The notes below the pieces were generated by a model. That model saw only the letters and a list, made by a program, of their open reading frames with translations, searched no databases and was not told the DNA's origin. Position numbers and translations under genes: made by a program. Shown one piece after another: positions 35,177 to 46,540 of a stretch of 64,000 nt of DNA. How positions within the stretch are numbered: the stretch's first letter is position 1; each line of letters begins with the position of its first letter. The DNA comes from Comamonadaceae bacterium (lineage in GTDB: Bacteria > Pseudomonadota > Gammaproteobacteria > Burkholderiales > Burkholderiaceae_C). The DNA is taken from contig JAIXOM010000063.1 of the NCBI GenBank assembly GCA_027486755.1, positions 2,213-66,212 of the forward strand, in the 5' to 3' direction.

Positions 35177-36547
35177 TCAGCTGCCGGCCACCTTCATGCG
35201 CTCAATGAGTACCGAGCCTACCGTCTTGGCGCCGTAGTTGTAGGCATCAGCACCTATGGCCGCGATGCCCATGAACATGTCCTTCATGTTGCCGGCAATG
35301 GTGATCTCCTCAACCGGATAGGCAATGCGACCGCCCTCCACCCAAAAGCCGCTGGCCCCGCGCGAATAGTCGCCGGTGACAGGGTTGACGCCTTGACCCA
35401 TCAGTTCGGTCACGAACAAACCGGTGCCCAGCTTGCGCAGCATGGCGTCCAGGTCGTCGCCCGGGCGAGTCAGCCGACTGCTCATCACCAAATTGTGCGA
35501 GCCCCCAGCATTGCCGGTGGTGCGCATGTCCAGCTTGCGCGCCGAATAGGTGCTTAGGAAATAGCCCTGAACCACACCGGCGTCGACCACCTTGCGGGCG
35601 CGGGTGCTCACCCCTTCTTCGTCAAAGGGCGCGCTGCCCTTGCCCTTGCGCACATGCGGGTCCTCGCTGATGTCGATATGGGACGGCAGCACCGCCTGAC
35701 CCAGACTATCGAGCAAGAAGCTGCTCTTGCGGTAGAGCGAGCCGCCGCTGGTGGCCTGTACATAGGCGCCCAGCAGCCCAGCGGCCAGGGGCGACTCGAA
35801 CAGCACCGGGCATTCGGTGGTGGCAATCTTGCGCCCATTGAGGCGCGCCAAAGCCCGCTCAGCTGCATAGCGCCCGACCACGCGGGCGCTGGCCAGCTCA
35901 CGCGCATCGCGCATCGAGCTGTACCAGGCGTCGCGCTGCATGCCCTCGCCCACCCCGGCGATCGGCGCTACCGACAGGCTGTGGCGCGAGGAGGCGTAGC
36001 CGCCTCGGAAACCAAGGCTGTGGGCGCTGAAAAAATGGCTTTGCTGGGCCGACACGCCGGCGCCTTCGCTATTAGTAATCAGGCTGCTGGTGGCCAGTGC
36101 TGCCGCCTCGCATTCCAGGGCCAGCTCAGCCGCCTGCTCTGCAGTGATCGCCCAGGGATGGCAAAGATCGAGCTCGGGCGGATTTTTGGCAATGTCGTCC
36201 TGATCGGGCAGGCCAGCGGCCGGATCGCTGGCGGTAAAGCGAGCGATGTCGTAGGCGGCCTGCACGGTCGCCTCAATGGCTGCCGCCGAAAAATCGCTGG
36301 TCGAGGCATTGCCTCTCTTTTGGCCCAGATAAACGGTAATGCCCAGAGACTTGTCGCGGTTGCGCTCCACATTCTCTAGCTCGCCCTTGCGAACGCTGAC
36401 CGAAAGCCCACAGCCCTCTGAGGCTTCGGCAGCGGCGTCGCTGGCACCGAGCTTGCGCGCATGACCCAGGGCGCTGTCGACCAGTTGTTCGAAAAATTTG
36501 CGGCTGTAGGCAAAGCCGCTATCGGCACGGGAGGTGTTTTTTTTCAC
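35177..36547 (-). CDS. pmbA: PmbA/TldE-family metalloprotease component
   Basis: The product has PmbA_TldD family patterns (GLSVSVRKGELENVE, ITVYLGQKRG, GxxSGGS.YRKSSFL, and C-terminal AGNMKDMF). It is divergent from yjgA, as in E. coli. The GTG start at 36547 is uncertain. Confidence 0.85.
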   Translation of the reverse strand: MKKNTSRADSGFAYSRKFFEQLVDSALGHARKLGASDAAAEASEGCGLSVSVRKGELENVERNRDKSLGITVYLGQKRGNASTSDFSAAAIEATVQAAYDIARFTASDPAAGLPDQDDIAKNPPELDLCHPWAITAEQAAELALECEAAALATSSLITNSEGAGVSAQQSHFFSAHSLGFRGGYASSRHSLSVAPIAGVGEGMQRDAWYSSMRDARELASARVVGRYAAERALARLNGRKIATTECPVLFESPLAAGLLGAYVQATSGGSLYRKSSFLLDSLGQAVLPSHIDISEDPHVRKGKGSAPFDEEGVSTRARKVVDAGVVQGYFLSTYSARKLDMRTTGNAGGSHNLVMSSRLTRPGDDLDAMLRKLGTGLFVTELMGQGVNPVTGDYSRGASGFWVEGGRIAYPVEEITIAGNMKDMFMGIAAIGADAYNYGAKTVGSVLIERMKVAGS

Positions 36548-36626
36548 GAAAGTAGAGTCCTTAGGAGGACAACTATGATACCCAGCCCCAACCGCCGAGC
36601 CGATTGAACGCTGCCATAGCCCCACC

Positions 36627-37229
36627 ATGCCCCGCAAACTCCAAAAAGGCTACTTTGTCCGAGGCCAGTTCGTCGCTGAAGGCAGCGAGCTCGACCTCGA
36701 ACTCAAGCGCGAACTCAAAGGTGGCGTTGAAGTCAGCAAAACCGACCTCAAGCGCGAGAGCGCCGAACTTCAGGCCCTGGGCGAGCAATTGCTGGGACTG
36801 CGCGCTGCTTTGTTCGAACCCCTGGGTCTGTCCGACAAGCTCGTCGACGCCGTGGCCGAGGCCAGGCGCATCACCAATTTCGAGGGCAAACGCCGTCAGA
36901 TGCAGTTCATCGGCAAACTCATGCGCCAGCTCGACGAAGACAGTTTGCAGGCCGTGCGCGAGGCCTTGCAGGTGCAGCAGCACGGCAGCGCGCAAGAGGC
37001 TGCGGCCCTACATCAGGCTGAGGGCTGGCGCGACCGGCTGATCGCCGACGATACCGCCGTGGGTCAGTGGCTGAGCGCCCACCCCAGCACCGATTCTCAG
37101 CAGCTGCGCGCCCTGGTGCGCCAGGCCCGCAAGGACGCCCAACCCGAAAAGCCCGGCCTGGCCCCGCGCCACAGCCGGGCCTACCGAGAGATTTTTCAAC
37201 TGGTCAAGGAAGAGCTGATTCATGCCTGA
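36627..37229 (+). CDS. yjgA: YjgA/DarP (DUF615) ribosome-associated protein
   Basis: The product contains SKTDLKRESAELQALGEQLL and NFEGKRRQMQFIGKLMR motifs, and is divergent from pmbA. Confidence 0.85.
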   Translation: MPRKLQKGYFVRGQFVAEGSELDLELKRELKGGVEVSKTDLKRESAELQALGEQLLGLRAALFEPLGLSDKLVDAVAEARRITNFEGKRRQMQFIGKLMRQLDEDSLQAVREALQVQQHGSAQEAAALHQAEGWRDRLIADDTAVGQWLSAHPSTDSQQLRALVRQARKDAQPEKPGLAPRHSRAYREIFQLVKEELIHA

Positions 37230-37812
37230 TTTCGATCCCGTGCGCATAGGCATCGTCTCGGTGAGCGACCGCGCCTCCAGTGGCGTCTATGAAGACAAAG
37301 GCCTGCCGGCCCTCAAGGGCTGGCTGGGCGCCGCGCTGCACAACCCCCTGACTTTTGAAGAACGCCTGATCCCTGACGAGAAGGACCGCATCAGCCAGAC
37401 CCTGATCGAGTTGGTCGATGCCGGCTGCGCGCTGATACTGACCACCGGCGGCACCGGCCCAGCCCTGCGCGACGTAACGCCAGAGGCCACCCTGGCCGTG
37501 GCACACAAGGAAATGCCGGGCTTTGGCGAACAGATGCGGCAGATCAGCCTGAAGTTCGTTCCCACCGCCATCTTGTCGCGCCAAGTGGCGGTGATCCGCG
37601 GGACCAGCCTGATCATCAACCTGCCGGGGCAGCCCAAGTCCATCCAGGAAACGCTCGAGGGTCTGAAAGACGCCCAAGGCCAGGCCCTGGTGCCGGGGAT
37701 CTTTGCGGCCGTGCCCTACTGCATAGACCTGATCGGCGGGCCCTATCTGGAAACCCGCGACGAGGTCTGCAAGGCCTTTCGGCCCAAGAGCGCGGTACGA
37801 CCGCCGCGCTGA
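37222..37812 (+). CDS. mog: Molybdopterin adenylyltransferase
   Basis: The product contains IGIVSVSDRASSGVYEDKG, LILTTGGTGPALRDVTPEAT and PGFGEQMR. It overlaps yjgA by 8 nt. Confidence 0.85.
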   Translation: MPDFDPVRIGIVSVSDRASSGVYEDKGLPALKGWLGAALHNPLTFEERLIPDEKDRISQTLIELVDAGCALILTTGGTGPALRDVTPEATLAVAHKEMPGFGEQMRQISLKFVPTAILSRQVAVIRGTSLIINLPGQPKSIQETLEGLKDAQGQALVPGIFAAVPYCIDLIGGPYLETRDEVCKAFRPKSAVRPPR

Positions 37813-37821
37813 AGCTGCGGC

Positions 37822-38589
37822 CTACTTGCCCACCATCTGACTGAGCTTGTCGGCCTGGAAGTTTTCCTGGCGGGCCGCATCGACGGGAACACAGTCACGC
37901 TGCTGCTGGGAGAGCTTTTCGATGGCCTGCCACAGCAGGGCAATCTGATGCTCCTGCGACGAGGCATTGTCGATCAGACCGCGCATGGCCTGCGACAGAG
38001 GATCGTCACTTTGCGTCACACCGTAGGCCGAAAACCCCATCTGGCTGGCCGCCTGCTCGCGCCGCAGATCGGAGTCGGCCTGAATGATGCGCGCCGGGTT
38101 ACCGACCGCTGTGGCGCCGGCCGGCACCGGCTTGACCACCACCGCATTCGAGCCGATGCGGGCGCCCTCGCCCACTTCAAAGCCGCCCAGCACCTGAGCG
38201 CCGGCGCCCACCACCACATTACGCCCCAGCGTCGGATGGCGTTTGGCGCCCTTGTAAAGCGAGGTGCCGCCTAAGGTCACGCCCTGGTAGATGGTGCAGC
38301 CGTCACCGATCTCGGCGGTCTCGCCCACCACCACGCCCATGGCATGGTCAAAAAACACCCGCTCGCCGATGCGCGCGCCGGGGTGAATTTCAATGCCCGT
38401 AAAAAACCGCGAGAGGTGCGAGACAAAACGCCCCAGCCACTTCAGCCCATGGGTCCAACACCAATGGGCCAGGCGGTGCAAGATCACCGCATGCAGGCCC
38501 GGGTAGCAGGTCAGCACCTCGAAGGCAGAGCGCGCCGCCGGGTCGCGCTCGAGGATGCACCGAATATCTGATCGCAGACGGTTGAACAT
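37822..38589 (-). CDS. cysE: Serine O-acetyltransferase
   Basis: An N-terminal SATase helical domain ([21 protein letters not shown]) is followed by hexapeptide repeats ([35 protein letters not shown]). Confidence 0.9.
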   Translation of the reverse strand: MFNRLRSDIRCILERDPAARSAFEVLTCYPGLHAVILHRLAHWCWTHGLKWLGRFVSHLSRFFTGIEIHPGARIGERVFFDHAMGVVVGETAEIGDGCTIYQGVTLGGTSLYKGAKRHPTLGRNVVVGAGAQVLGGFEVGEGARIGSNAVVVKPVPAGATAVGNPARIIQADSDLRREQAASQMGFSAYGVTQSDDPLSQAMRGLIDNASSQEHQIALLWQAIEKLSQQQRDCVPVDAARQENFQADKLSQMVGK

Positions 38590-38595
38590 AGGTGC

Positions 38596-39342
38596 TCAGT
38601 CTAACGGCGAAGGCGCAGCACCCGGGCCCTTGGCTTTGCTCATGGCATTGGCAATGCCGCGCAAAATGTGAATTTCTTGCAAACTCAACTTTGCCCGGTT
38701 GAACATCTGGTTCAGGCGCGGCATCAGTTTTTTGGGCGCGGCCGGATCCAGAAAACCGATGTCCTTGAGCCCCTGCTCCCAATGCCCCAGCATGGCCTCG
38801 ACCTGGGCAGCATCGGCCAAATCGGCCGCGTTGGTGGCCGGCGCCACCGGGAACGCACCCAATTGCTGGCGCCATTCATAGGCGATCAGCTGAACTGCCG
38901 CCGCGATATTGAGCGATCCATAGCCCGGCGCCGTGGGGATGCTCAGGCAGACATGGCTGCGCCAAACGTCCTGATTGCTCATGCCAAAGCGCTCGGAGCC
39001 AAATAAGAACGCCACGCCCTTGGGCGCAGGCTGAGCGCGCAGTTGTTCAAAATGCGTGCGCGGGCTTAAGGTCGGCGGGCCAAAATCGCGCGGCGTCATC
39101 GCGGTGGCGCAAACATGGTCTATGCCTTCGAGCGCCTCGGCCAGCGTCGGCACCACCCGGGCCCGCGCCAACACGTCGGCAGCGCCGCTGGCGCGCTCGA
39201 TCGCCTCCGACCGCGTCAAAACATCGGCCCAGCGCGGTTGCACCAGCACCAGGTCCTCAAAACCCATCACCTTCATAGCGCGTGCCACCGCGCCCACATT
39301 GCCGGCATGGCTGGTTTGGATCAGGACGAATCGGGTCTTCAT
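38596..39342 (-). CDS. trmJ: SpoU/TrmH-class RNA 2'-O-methyltransferase (TrmJ-like)
   Basis: The product contains [34 protein letters not shown] and [15 protein letters not shown]. It neighbours suhB divergently, as in enterobacteria. I moved the start to MKTRFVL. Confidence 0.8.
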   Translation of the reverse strand: MKTRFVLIQTSHAGNVGAVARAMKVMGFEDLVLVQPRWADVLTRSEAIERASGAADVLARARVVPTLAEALEGIDHVCATAMTPRDFGPPTLSPRTHFEQLRAQPAPKGVAFLFGSERFGMSNQDVWRSHVCLSIPTAPGYGSLNIAAAVQLIAYEWRQQLGAFPVAPATNAADLADAAQVEAMLGHWEQGLKDIGFLDPAAPKKLMPRLNQMFNRAKLSLQEIHILRGIANAMSKAKGPGAAPSPLD

Positions 39343-39469
39343 GGCCAAGGCAGATTGTCGCGTCTGCGCCCACTGCGGCGTGAAGGGCCGCGCTGTAACC
39401 GTAAAATCGCGCCCTTGCTCTGCCACCGGTCCCCGGCTCTGGCAGCCCCAACGCTCCTTGGTTCTCGCT

Positions 39470-40462
39470 ATGTCCAGCACCCTGCACCCCATGCTCAACG
39501 TGGCCATCAAGGCTGCGCGCGCCGCTGGCGCCATCATCAACCGCGCCGCACTCGATGTCGAGGCCGTGCGGATTTCAGCCAAGCAAACCAACGACTTCGT
39601 CACCGAAGTCGATCACAACGCTGAAACCGCCATCATCGAAACCTTGCTGCAGGCCTATCCTGGACATGGCATCTTGGCCGAGGAATCGGGCAGTGAACAC
39701 GGAGCCCGGCATTCGGACTACCAGTGGATCATCGACCCGCTGGACGGCACCACTAACTTTATCCACGGTTTCCCGGTGTACTGCGTGAGCATTGCGCTGG
39801 CCGTCAAAGGCCGCGTCGAGCAGGCCGTGGTGTACGACCCGACCCGCAATGACCTGTTTTGCGCGACCCGCGGCCGTGGTGCCTTCCTCAATGACCGGCG
39901 CATCCGTGTCTCCAAGCGTACCCGCCTGCAGGAATGCCTGATCTCCACCGGCTTTCCTTACCGGCCCGGCGACAAGCTGCGGGCCTACCTGAGCATGCTC
40001 GGCGAAGTGATGAGCCAATGCGCTGGCGTGCGCCGGCCAGGCGCCGCTGCGCTCGACCTGGCTTATGTGGCCGCGGGCTACAGCGACGGTTTTTTTGAGA
40101 CCGGTCTGAAGGCCTGGGACGTGGCCGCCGGCTCGCTGCTGGTCACCGAGGCGGGCGGCCTGGTGGGCAATTACACCGGCGATGCCGACTTCATGCACCA
40201 AAGCGAATGCGTGGCCGGCAACCCCCGCATCTACGCCCAGCTGGTCACTGTGCTGGCCAAGTACAGCAAGTTCGCTGGCGTGGCCGACAAGATGCAGCTG
40301 GCGCAAGCACAGCCGGCTTCAAACGATCAGGACCCCAGCGCGGCCGCCGCCCCCAAACCCAAAACCCTGCTCAAGGCCCCCAAACCCGCAGCTGGCGAGG
40401 TGCAGCAGGCAACCAGGCCCGAGGACAGGCCGCGCACTGCAGTTCGCAAGCCCAGGGCCTGA
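39470..40462 (+). CDS. suhB: Inositol monophosphatase family protein (SuhB) with extended basic/Pro-rich C-terminal tail
   Basis: Motifs [19 protein letters not shown] and [16 protein letters not shown] are present. About 65 extra C-terminal residues are rich in A, P and K. Confidence 0.9.
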   Translation: MSSTLHPMLNVAIKAARAAGAIINRAALDVEAVRISAKQTNDFVTEVDHNAETAIIETLLQAYPGHGILAEESGSEHGARHSDYQWIIDPLDGTTNFIHGFPVYCVSIALAVKGRVEQAVVYDPTRNDLFCATRGRGAFLNDRRIRVSKRTRLQECLISTGFPYRPGDKLRAYLSMLGEVMSQCAGVRRPGAAALDLAYVAAGYSDGFFETGLKAWDVAAGSLLVTEAGGLVGNYTGDADFMHQSECVAGNPRIYAQLVTVLAKYSKFAGVADKMQLAQAQPASNDQDPSAAAAPKPKTLLKAPKPAAGEVQQATRPEDRPRTAVRKPRA

Positions 40463-40525
40463 ACCCGGCGCCGGGCCTCAAGGAGCTGGCTCGCCTGACG
40501 CCACCAGGCACATCAGCCGCACCGC

Positions 40526-40930
40526 TCACCGCACGCTCCAGGCCCAGTCTGAGCGCAAAACAAACACCTGTTGGTGCTCACGCAAGTCCCGGGTTCGACC
40601 GGGGCTGAAAAAAAATGCAAGCACCCCGGGCGGCGATGAATGCACCTGATACTCCAGCCTGTCCTGACCCGACCCCCTCCATGCAAACACCAGCAGCACC
40701 TGCTGGGAAAAATCGACTTCCTGACTCAGCCGGGCCAGATCTTGCGCAGGCAGGTAGATGGCTGCCTCCTGCGCAGAACTGATGACCAGCGGGCGCCTGA
40801 CCGAAGCGGCTTCAAAGGCCCGGGCCTGCACGCCGGTGACGTCCATACGGGCGATGGGCGGTAAGACGCCGGCCTGCGGCTGCGCGTTCAGCATCAGGAC
40901 CAGCAACAAAAGCGGGAGTAAAAACACCAT
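40526..40930 (-). CDS. Hypothetical small secreted protein
   Basis: It has a hydrophobic N-terminus (MVFLLPLLLLVLMLNA) and no motif I recognise. Coding status is supported only by ORF length and the signal-like N-terminus. Confidence 0.4.
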   Translation of the reverse strand: MVFLLPLLLLVLMLNAQPQAGVLPPIARMDVTGVQARAFEAASVRRPLVISSAQEAAIYLPAQDLARLSQEVDFSQQVLLVFAWRGSGQDRLEYQVHSSPPGVLAFFFSPGRTRDLREHQQVFVLRSDWAWSVR

Positions 40931-41137
40931 GGCTTGGACGAGGGCGGACTCTGTTTACGAAAAGCTTAAGCGATGGCAGGCGGGGAGAGCAAGAACAAGG
41001 AGGCCAAAAAGTCAATCAAACACATTGCGATCAAGATCTCCCCTGCTTGAACAGCGGTTCAGTGGAAAATCTTGAGCGATCAGCCCCTAAGCCGAATGAA
41101 CTTATAGTTCAGCCCGAACCGCAGACAGACTCCGGCC

Positions 41138-43840
41138 TTGGCACCGCAGGCCGACACGCACTGGCGCATCACCGACCCAGGACACCGCAAGTTGTTGAAA
41201 CCATCAGAAAACGACAAGGACTCGAGCCAGGTCGAGAGCGCCGACAAGCACACGCCGATGATGGCGCAGTACCTGGCCATCAAAAAGGACCATCCGGATA
41301 CCTTGCTGTTCTACCGCATGGGCGACTTTTATGAGTTGTTCCATGAGGACGCGATCAAGGCTGCGCAGTTGCTGGACATCACCCTGACGAGCCGTGGCCA
41401 ATCGGCGGGCCAGCCCATACGCATGGCAGGCGTGCCCTATCACTCGGCCGAAGCCTATTTGGCCCGGCTGATACAGCTCGGCGAGTCGGTGGCGATTTGT
41501 GAGCAGGTCGGCGATGTGGGCGCCTCCAAAGGCCCGGTCGAGCGCAAGGTGGTGCGGGTAATCACCCCGGGGACCCTGACCGAATCGGAACTGCTGGGCG
41601 ACAAGGCTGAGGCCCTGTTGCTCTCCGTACACCAAGGGCCCCGCAACCGCTGCGGCCTGGCCTGGCTGAGCGTGACGCAAGGGCAGCTTCATCTGGCCCA
41701 GTGCGACGCCGATGCGATCGCACCTTGGCTTACGCGGATAGGCCCGAGCGAACTGATTCACAGCGCCGAGATCACGCCGGCATTTGAGGCCCAGCTCAAG
41801 GCGGCATTGGCTGGCATGGGCCGCTGCCCGGTCAGCGCCCGGCCCCATTGGGCTTTTGATGCCGGCCTGGGCCAGCGACGCCTGCTCGAGCAATTGGGCG
41901 CCGCATCGCTGCAGGCCTGGAACGCCCAGGACCTGCCCGAGGCCCATGCTGCGGCCAGCGCCCTGCTGGCCTATGCAGAACATACCCAGGGCCGGGCCTT
42001 GAGCCATCTGCATGGGCTGCAGGTGGTGCGGCCTGACGAATACATCGACCTGCCGGCCAGCACCCGGCGCAATCTGGAGCTGACCCAGACCCTGCGCGGT
42101 GAGAGCGAGCCCACCCTGCTGTCCTTGCTCGACAGCTGCATCACCGGCATGGGCAGCCGCCAGCTCAAACACTGGCTGTTGGCCCCGCCGCGCCAGCGCG
42201 AAATGGCCCAAGAGCGGCTACAAGCCATTGCCTGCCTGCGCGAAGGCCTGCAGGCCAGGCTGCGCGATCAGCTCAAGGGCAGCGCGGATGTGGAGCGCAT
42301 CGGCGCGCGCCTGAGCCTGCGCCAGGTGCGTCCGCGTGAACTGGTGGCTCTGGGCCACAGCTTGCAGCGTGCGCAGATTCTGCGCGCACTGCTGGTGCAA
42401 ACCACCGGCCTGCCGCCCTTGCTCGAGCGCTTGTTGCAAGCGCTGCAGACGCCGCCGCAGTGCGCCGAACAACTGGCCAGCACCTTACTCGAGGAACCGG
42501 CTGCGCTGCTGCGTGAGGGCGGTGTCATCCGGGATGGCCACGACAGCGAGCTCGACGAACTGCGCGCCATTGAAAACAACTGCGACGCCTTCCTGCTCGA
42601 GCTGGAGGTGCGCGAGCGCGAGCGCACCGGCATAGTCAATCTGCGGGTGCAATTTAACCGGGTGCACGGCTTTTACATCGAGGTCACCCAGGGGCAGCTC
42701 GACAAAGTGCCCGAAGATTACCGCCGCCGGCAGACGCTCAAAAACGCCGAGCGCTTCATCACCCCCGAGCTCAAGGCCTTTGAGGACAAGGCCTTGTCAG
42801 CCCAGGAGCGGGCACTGGCACGAGAAAAGTTTCTCTACGAACAGCTGCTGGACGGACTGCAGGTCTTCGTGCCTGACCTGGCTTCACTGGCCCAGGCGCT
42901 GGCGGCGCTAGACGCCCTGGCCGCCCTGGCTGAGCGATCGCTCGCCCTGCAATGGTGCGAGCCGGTGTTTGTGCGCGAGCCCTGCATCGCCATCAGCGGC
43001 GGGCGCCATCCGGTGGTCGAGGCGCGGCTGGCCGAAACCGGGGCCGGGCCTTTCATTGCCAACGACTGCCGGCTCGATGGCAAGACTCGAATGCAGATCA
43101 TCACCGGGCCCAATATGGGCGGCAAGTCCACCTATATGCGGCAGGTGGCACTGATCGTGCTTCTGGCCAGCATGGGCTCTTACGTACCTGCCAGCCAATG
43201 CCGCCTCGGACCGATCGATGCGATTCACACCCGCATCGGCTCGGCCGACGACCTGGCCAACGCCCAGTCGACCTTCATGCTCGAGATGACCGAAGCCGCG
43301 CAAATTCTCCACACCGCCACCGCCCAGTCCCTGGTGCTGATGGACGAGATCGGCCGCGGCACATCGACCTTCGATGGGCTGGCCCTGGCCGGTGGCATCG
43401 CCACCCACCTGCACAACAAGACACAGGCCTTTACCCTGTTTGCAACCCACTACTTCGAGTTGACCGAGTTGAGCACCCGGCACCCGGGGGCGGTCAATGT
43501 GCATGTCAGCGCGGTTGAGTCGGGCCGAGATATCGTCTTCATGCACCAGATCGAGCCCGGGCCGGCCAGCCGCAGCTACGGCATTGCGGTTGCCCGCCTG
43601 GCCGGCGTGCCGGCGCCAGTGGTGCAACACGCCCGCCACGCCCTGCAGGCCCTTGAGGCCGAACAGCGCCAGGCCCAGGTCGATCTTTTTGCGCCGCCGC
43701 CGGTGGCCAGCGATGCGGGCCCCAGCCCCTTGGACAAGGCCGTTCAGGCCATAGAGCCCGACACCCTGAGCCCGCGCGAGGCGCTGGATCTGATTTACCA
43801 ACTCAAAAAACTCTCTAGCGGCCCCAGTGCCGCTGCCTGA
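41138..43840 (+). CDS. mutS: DNA mismatch repair protein MutS
   Basis: The product contains [31 protein letters not shown], the Walker A motif [13 protein letters not shown], and [14 protein letters not shown]. The true start is uncertain; a TTG at 41138 or 41195, or the ATG at 41258, are all possible. Confidence 0.95.
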   Translation: MAPQADTHWRITDPGHRKLLKPSENDKDSSQVESADKHTPMMAQYLAIKKDHPDTLLFYRMGDFYELFHEDAIKAAQLLDITLTSRGQSAGQPIRMAGVPYHSAEAYLARLIQLGESVAICEQVGDVGASKGPVERKVVRVITPGTLTESELLGDKAEALLLSVHQGPRNRCGLAWLSVTQGQLHLAQCDADAIAPWLTRIGPSELIHSAEITPAFEAQLKAALAGMGRCPVSARPHWAFDAGLGQRRLLEQLGAASLQAWNAQDLPEAHAAASALLAYAEHTQGRALSHLHGLQVVRPDEYIDLPASTRRNLELTQTLRGESEPTLLSLLDSCITGMGSRQLKHWLLAPPRQREMAQERLQAIACLREGLQARLRDQLKGSADVERIGARLSLRQVRPRELVALGHSLQRAQILRALLVQTTGLPPLLERLLQALQTPPQCAEQLASTLLEEPAALLREGGVIRDGHDSELDELRAIENNCDAFLLELEVRERERTGIVNLRVQFNRVHGFYIEVTQGQLDKVPEDYRRRQTLKNAERFITPELKAFEDKALSAQERALAREKFLYEQLLDGLQVFVPDLASLAQALAALDALAALAERSLALQWCEPVFVREPCIAISGGRHPVVEARLAETGAGPFIANDCRLDGKTRMQIITGPNMGGKSTYMRQVALIVLLASMGSYVPASQCRLGPIDAIHTRIGSADDLANAQSTFMLEMTEAAQILHTATAQSLVLMDEIGRGTSTFDGLALAGGIATHLHNKTQAFTLFATHYFELTELSTRHPGAVNVHVSAVESGRDIVFMHQIEPGPASRSYGIAVARLAGVPAPVVQHARHALQALEAEQRQAQVDLFAPPPVASDAGPSPLDKAVQAIEPDTLSPREALDLIYQLKKLSSGPSAAA

Positions 43841-43842
43841 TC

Positions 43843-44670
43843 ATGACTTATTGCGTTGCCATCAAACTCAATGCCGGCCTGGTTTTCCTGTCGGACTCGC
43901 GCACCAATGCCGGCCTCGACCATATCTCGACCTTTCGCAAGATGATCGTCTACGAGCGCCCCGGCGACCGCTTCATGGTGCTGCTGTCGGCGGGTAACCT
44001 CTCGATCACCCAGTCAGTGCGCGAGTTGCTGCAGGTCGAAAGCATCAAGGACCCAAGCGGCGGAGAGCCGCTGAGCATCTGGAATGCGCGCAGCATGTTC
44101 GACGCCACCCGGGTACTGGGCGCGACGGTGCGCCGGGTCTACGAGCGCGACGGCGTAGCTCTGCGCGGCGCCGATGTGGACTTCAATGTGTCCTTGCTGT
44201 TTGGCGGGCAGATTCAGGGCGAAGGCATGCGCCTGTTCCAGATGTACTCGGCCGGCAATTTCATTGAAGCCACCCAAGAAACGCCCTACTTCCAAATTGG
44301 CGAGGCAAAATACGGCAAGCCGGTGCTTGATCGGGTGATCAAGCCCCAGACCCCGCTACAAGAGGCTGCCAAATGCGCCCTGGTCTCCATGGACTCGACC
44401 ATGAAGTCCAACTTGTCGGTCGGCTTTCCGCTGGACCTGGCGGTCTATGAAAACAACCACCTCCAAAGCGACAAGGTGGTCTGCATCGACCAGGACAACC
44501 CCTACTACCGCATGATGCACAACAACTGGGGCGACAAGCTGCGCCAGGTGTTTGACAGCATCGAAGACCCGGTCTGGGACGATACCCAAACCGCCGTTCC
44601 CTTGAAGATGCCCAGCGCACGCCACGGCACGCTCAAGAAGATCACCACGCCCGACGAAAAGCTGATCTGA
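43843..44670 (+). CDS. Anbu-type proteasome-like Ntn hydrolase (peptidase T1 family)
   Basis: The product starts MTYCVAIKLNAGLVFLSDSRTNAGLDHISTFRKM, with Thr directly after the initiator Met. It has a proteasome beta-subunit-like core and is 275 aa. It starts 2 nt after the mutS stop. Confidence 0.75.
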   Translation: MTYCVAIKLNAGLVFLSDSRTNAGLDHISTFRKMIVYERPGDRFMVLLSAGNLSITQSVRELLQVESIKDPSGGEPLSIWNARSMFDATRVLGATVRRVYERDGVALRGADVDFNVSLLFGGQIQGEGMRLFQMYSAGNFIEATQETPYFQIGEAKYGKPVLDRVIKPQTPLQEAAKCALVSMDSTMKSNLSVGFPLDLAVYENNHLQSDKVVCIDQDNPYYRMMHNNWGDKLRQVFDSIEDPVWDDTQTAVPLKMPSARHGTLKKITTPDEKLI

Positions 44671-44671
44671 G

Positions 44672-45538
44672 TTGCCCGCCATTGCGCCCATGACCCGCCC
44701 CCTGCTGATTTTTTCGCACGGCAACAGCTTCCCGGCCAGCACCTACGGGGTGATGCTGCGCGAGCTCGAACGCAGGGGCTTCGAGGTCGCTGCGATCGAG
44801 AAATTTGGCCACGACCCGCGCTACCCAGTCAGCAGCAACTGGCCCCATCTGGTGCAAGAGCTGGCCGACTTCACCACCGCCCAATGCATCCAAGCAGGGC
44901 AAGGTGCGATTTTGGTGGGCCATTCACTGGGCGGCTTCCTGAGCCTGATGTGCGCAGCGCAGCATCCGCAGCTAGGGGGTCACAAGATCCGTGGCGTGGT
45001 GTTGCTCGACTCACCCATCCTCGGTGGCTGGAAAGCAGCCGCCCTGTCGGTGGCCAAGCGGGCGCGCCTGGTGGGCTCGATCTCACCAGGCGCGGTCAGC
45101 CGCAAACGCAAGCAATCCTGGGCGAATTTGCAAGAGGTGCAAGCGCATTTCCGGGGCAAAAAGCTCTTTGCCTCGTGGGACGAGCGGGTGCTGCAGGACT
45201 ACATCGCCCAGGGCACCCAGCCAAGCGATGGCCCAGATGGCCACGATGGCCCGCGCGTGCTCAGCTTCGACCGCGATGTCGAAACCGCGATCTACAACAC
45301 CCTGCCTGACAACCTCGACGGCCTGCTGAAAAAACACCCGCTACGGTGCCCGGCAGCCTTCATCGGTGGCCGCGCTTCGCTAGAGATGCGCCAGGTTGGC
45401 ATGGCGCTTACCCAAACCGTCACCCACGGGCGCATCATGATGCTCGACGGCGGCCACCTGTTTCCCATGGAGAGGCCCGAGGCCAGTGCGGCCACCGTGG
45501 AGGCTGCTGTGCTCAATCTGCTGAGCCTTAAAGGCTGA
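44672..45538 (+). CDS. Alpha/beta-fold hydrolase
   Basis: It has LLIFSHGNSF, the nucleophile elbow VGHSLGG, and a late GGHLFPME His motif. The TTG start is uncertain, and the ATG at 44690 is an alternative. Confidence 0.8.
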   Translation: MPAIAPMTRPLLIFSHGNSFPASTYGVMLRELERRGFEVAAIEKFGHDPRYPVSSNWPHLVQELADFTTAQCIQAGQGAILVGHSLGGFLSLMCAAQHPQLGGHKIRGVVLLDSPILGGWKAAALSVAKRARLVGSISPGAVSRKRKQSWANLQEVQAHFRGKKLFASWDERVLQDYIAQGTQPSDGPDGHDGPRVLSFDRDVETAIYNTLPDNLDGLLKKHPLRCPAAFIGGRASLEMRQVGMALTQTVTHGRIMMLDGGHLFPMERPEASAATVEAAVLNLLSLKG

Positions 45539-45546
45539 GTCTGCGC

Positions 45547-46377
45547 TCAGGCAGCCCAGCGCACCCAGCCCATCTGTGCGGTGATGAGGACCACCGCGCC
45601 AAAAATAATGCGGTACCAGGCAAAGGGCACGAAGCTGTGGGTAGCCACATAGCGCAGCAGCCAGCGTATACACAGCCAGGCACTGCCGAACGCAAACACC
45701 AAGCCAACAGCAAACATCGGCAGATCGGCCACCGACAGCAAGGCCCGCTCCTTGTAGAGGCTGTAGGCGCCGGCGCCAATCAATGTGGGGATGGCCAGGA
45801 AGAAGGAAAAGTCGGTCGCGGCCCGGCGCGACAGGCCCAAGAGCATGCCGCCGATGATGGTGGCGCCGCTGCGACTGGTACCCGGAATCATGGCCAGGCA
45901 TTGCACCAGACCGACCTTGAGCGCGTCGCGCCAAGCCAGATCGTCAACCGTTTGAATACGCACCCTGCTGGCCGGCCTGCGCTCGGCCCACAAAATGATG
46001 AAGCCGCCGAGGATGAATGTGGTGGCCACCACGGTCGGGGTGAACAGGTTGGCCTTGATCGCCTTGCCCAGGAGCAGTCCCAATACCGCTGCCGGCAAAA
46101 ACCCGATGAGTACATTGAAGGCGAAACGCTGCGCCTGCTGGCTGCTCGGCAGGGCCAGCAGCGTCTCACGCAGCTTTTGCCAGTACACCAAAATCACCGC
46201 GAAGATCGCGCCGGTCTGAATGGCGATGTCGAAAACCTTGGCCTTTTCGTCGTCAAAACCGAGTAAGGCGCCGGCCAGGATCAGATGGCCGGTCGAAGAG
46301 ATCGGCAGGAATTCGGTCAGGCCTTCGACCACGCCCATGATGGCGGCTTTGATCAAAAGCAAACTGTCCAATTCCAT
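45547..46377 (-). CDS. uppP: Undecaprenyl-diphosphate phosphatase
   Basis: The product contains [18 protein letters not shown] and [10 protein letters not shown] motifs and has 8-TM topology. I moved the start to MELDSLLL. Confidence 0.9.
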   Translation of the reverse strand: MELDSLLLIKAAIMGVVEGLTEFLPISSTGHLILAGALLGFDDEKAKVFDIAIQTGAIFAVILVYWQKLRETLLALPSSQQAQRFAFNVLIGFLPAAVLGLLLGKAIKANLFTPTVVATTFILGGFIILWAERRPASRVRIQTVDDLAWRDALKVGLVQCLAMIPGTSRSGATIIGGMLLGLSRRAATDFSFFLAIPTLIGAGAYSLYKERALLSVADLPMFAVGLVFAFGSAWLCIRWLLRYVATHSFVPFAWYRIIFGAVVLITAQMGWVRWAA

Positions 46378-46540
46378 TCCACGCCCTTTTAAAAAAAGTT
46401 CACAGGTTACACGGCATCTCCGAGATTGTCGCACTGCAAGTGACGCCAACCCCTATGCCTTCATCAGCGCAAAACCGGGGCTCATTGCAAAGGCAAAGCG
46501 CCTCTTTGCAGAAATACAGTATTTCAGCTATGCTGCGATT

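Noticed and set aside
40587-40605. The sequence tcccgggttcgaccgggg resembles a tRNA T-arm (GGTTCGA-type loop). It raises the possibility of a tRNA gene or a tRNA-derived att remnant.
   Set aside because: I could not build a matching acceptor stem, D-arm or anticodon arm in the flanking 80 nt. The loop spacing is also off by one. It is probably just a GC-rich hairpin.
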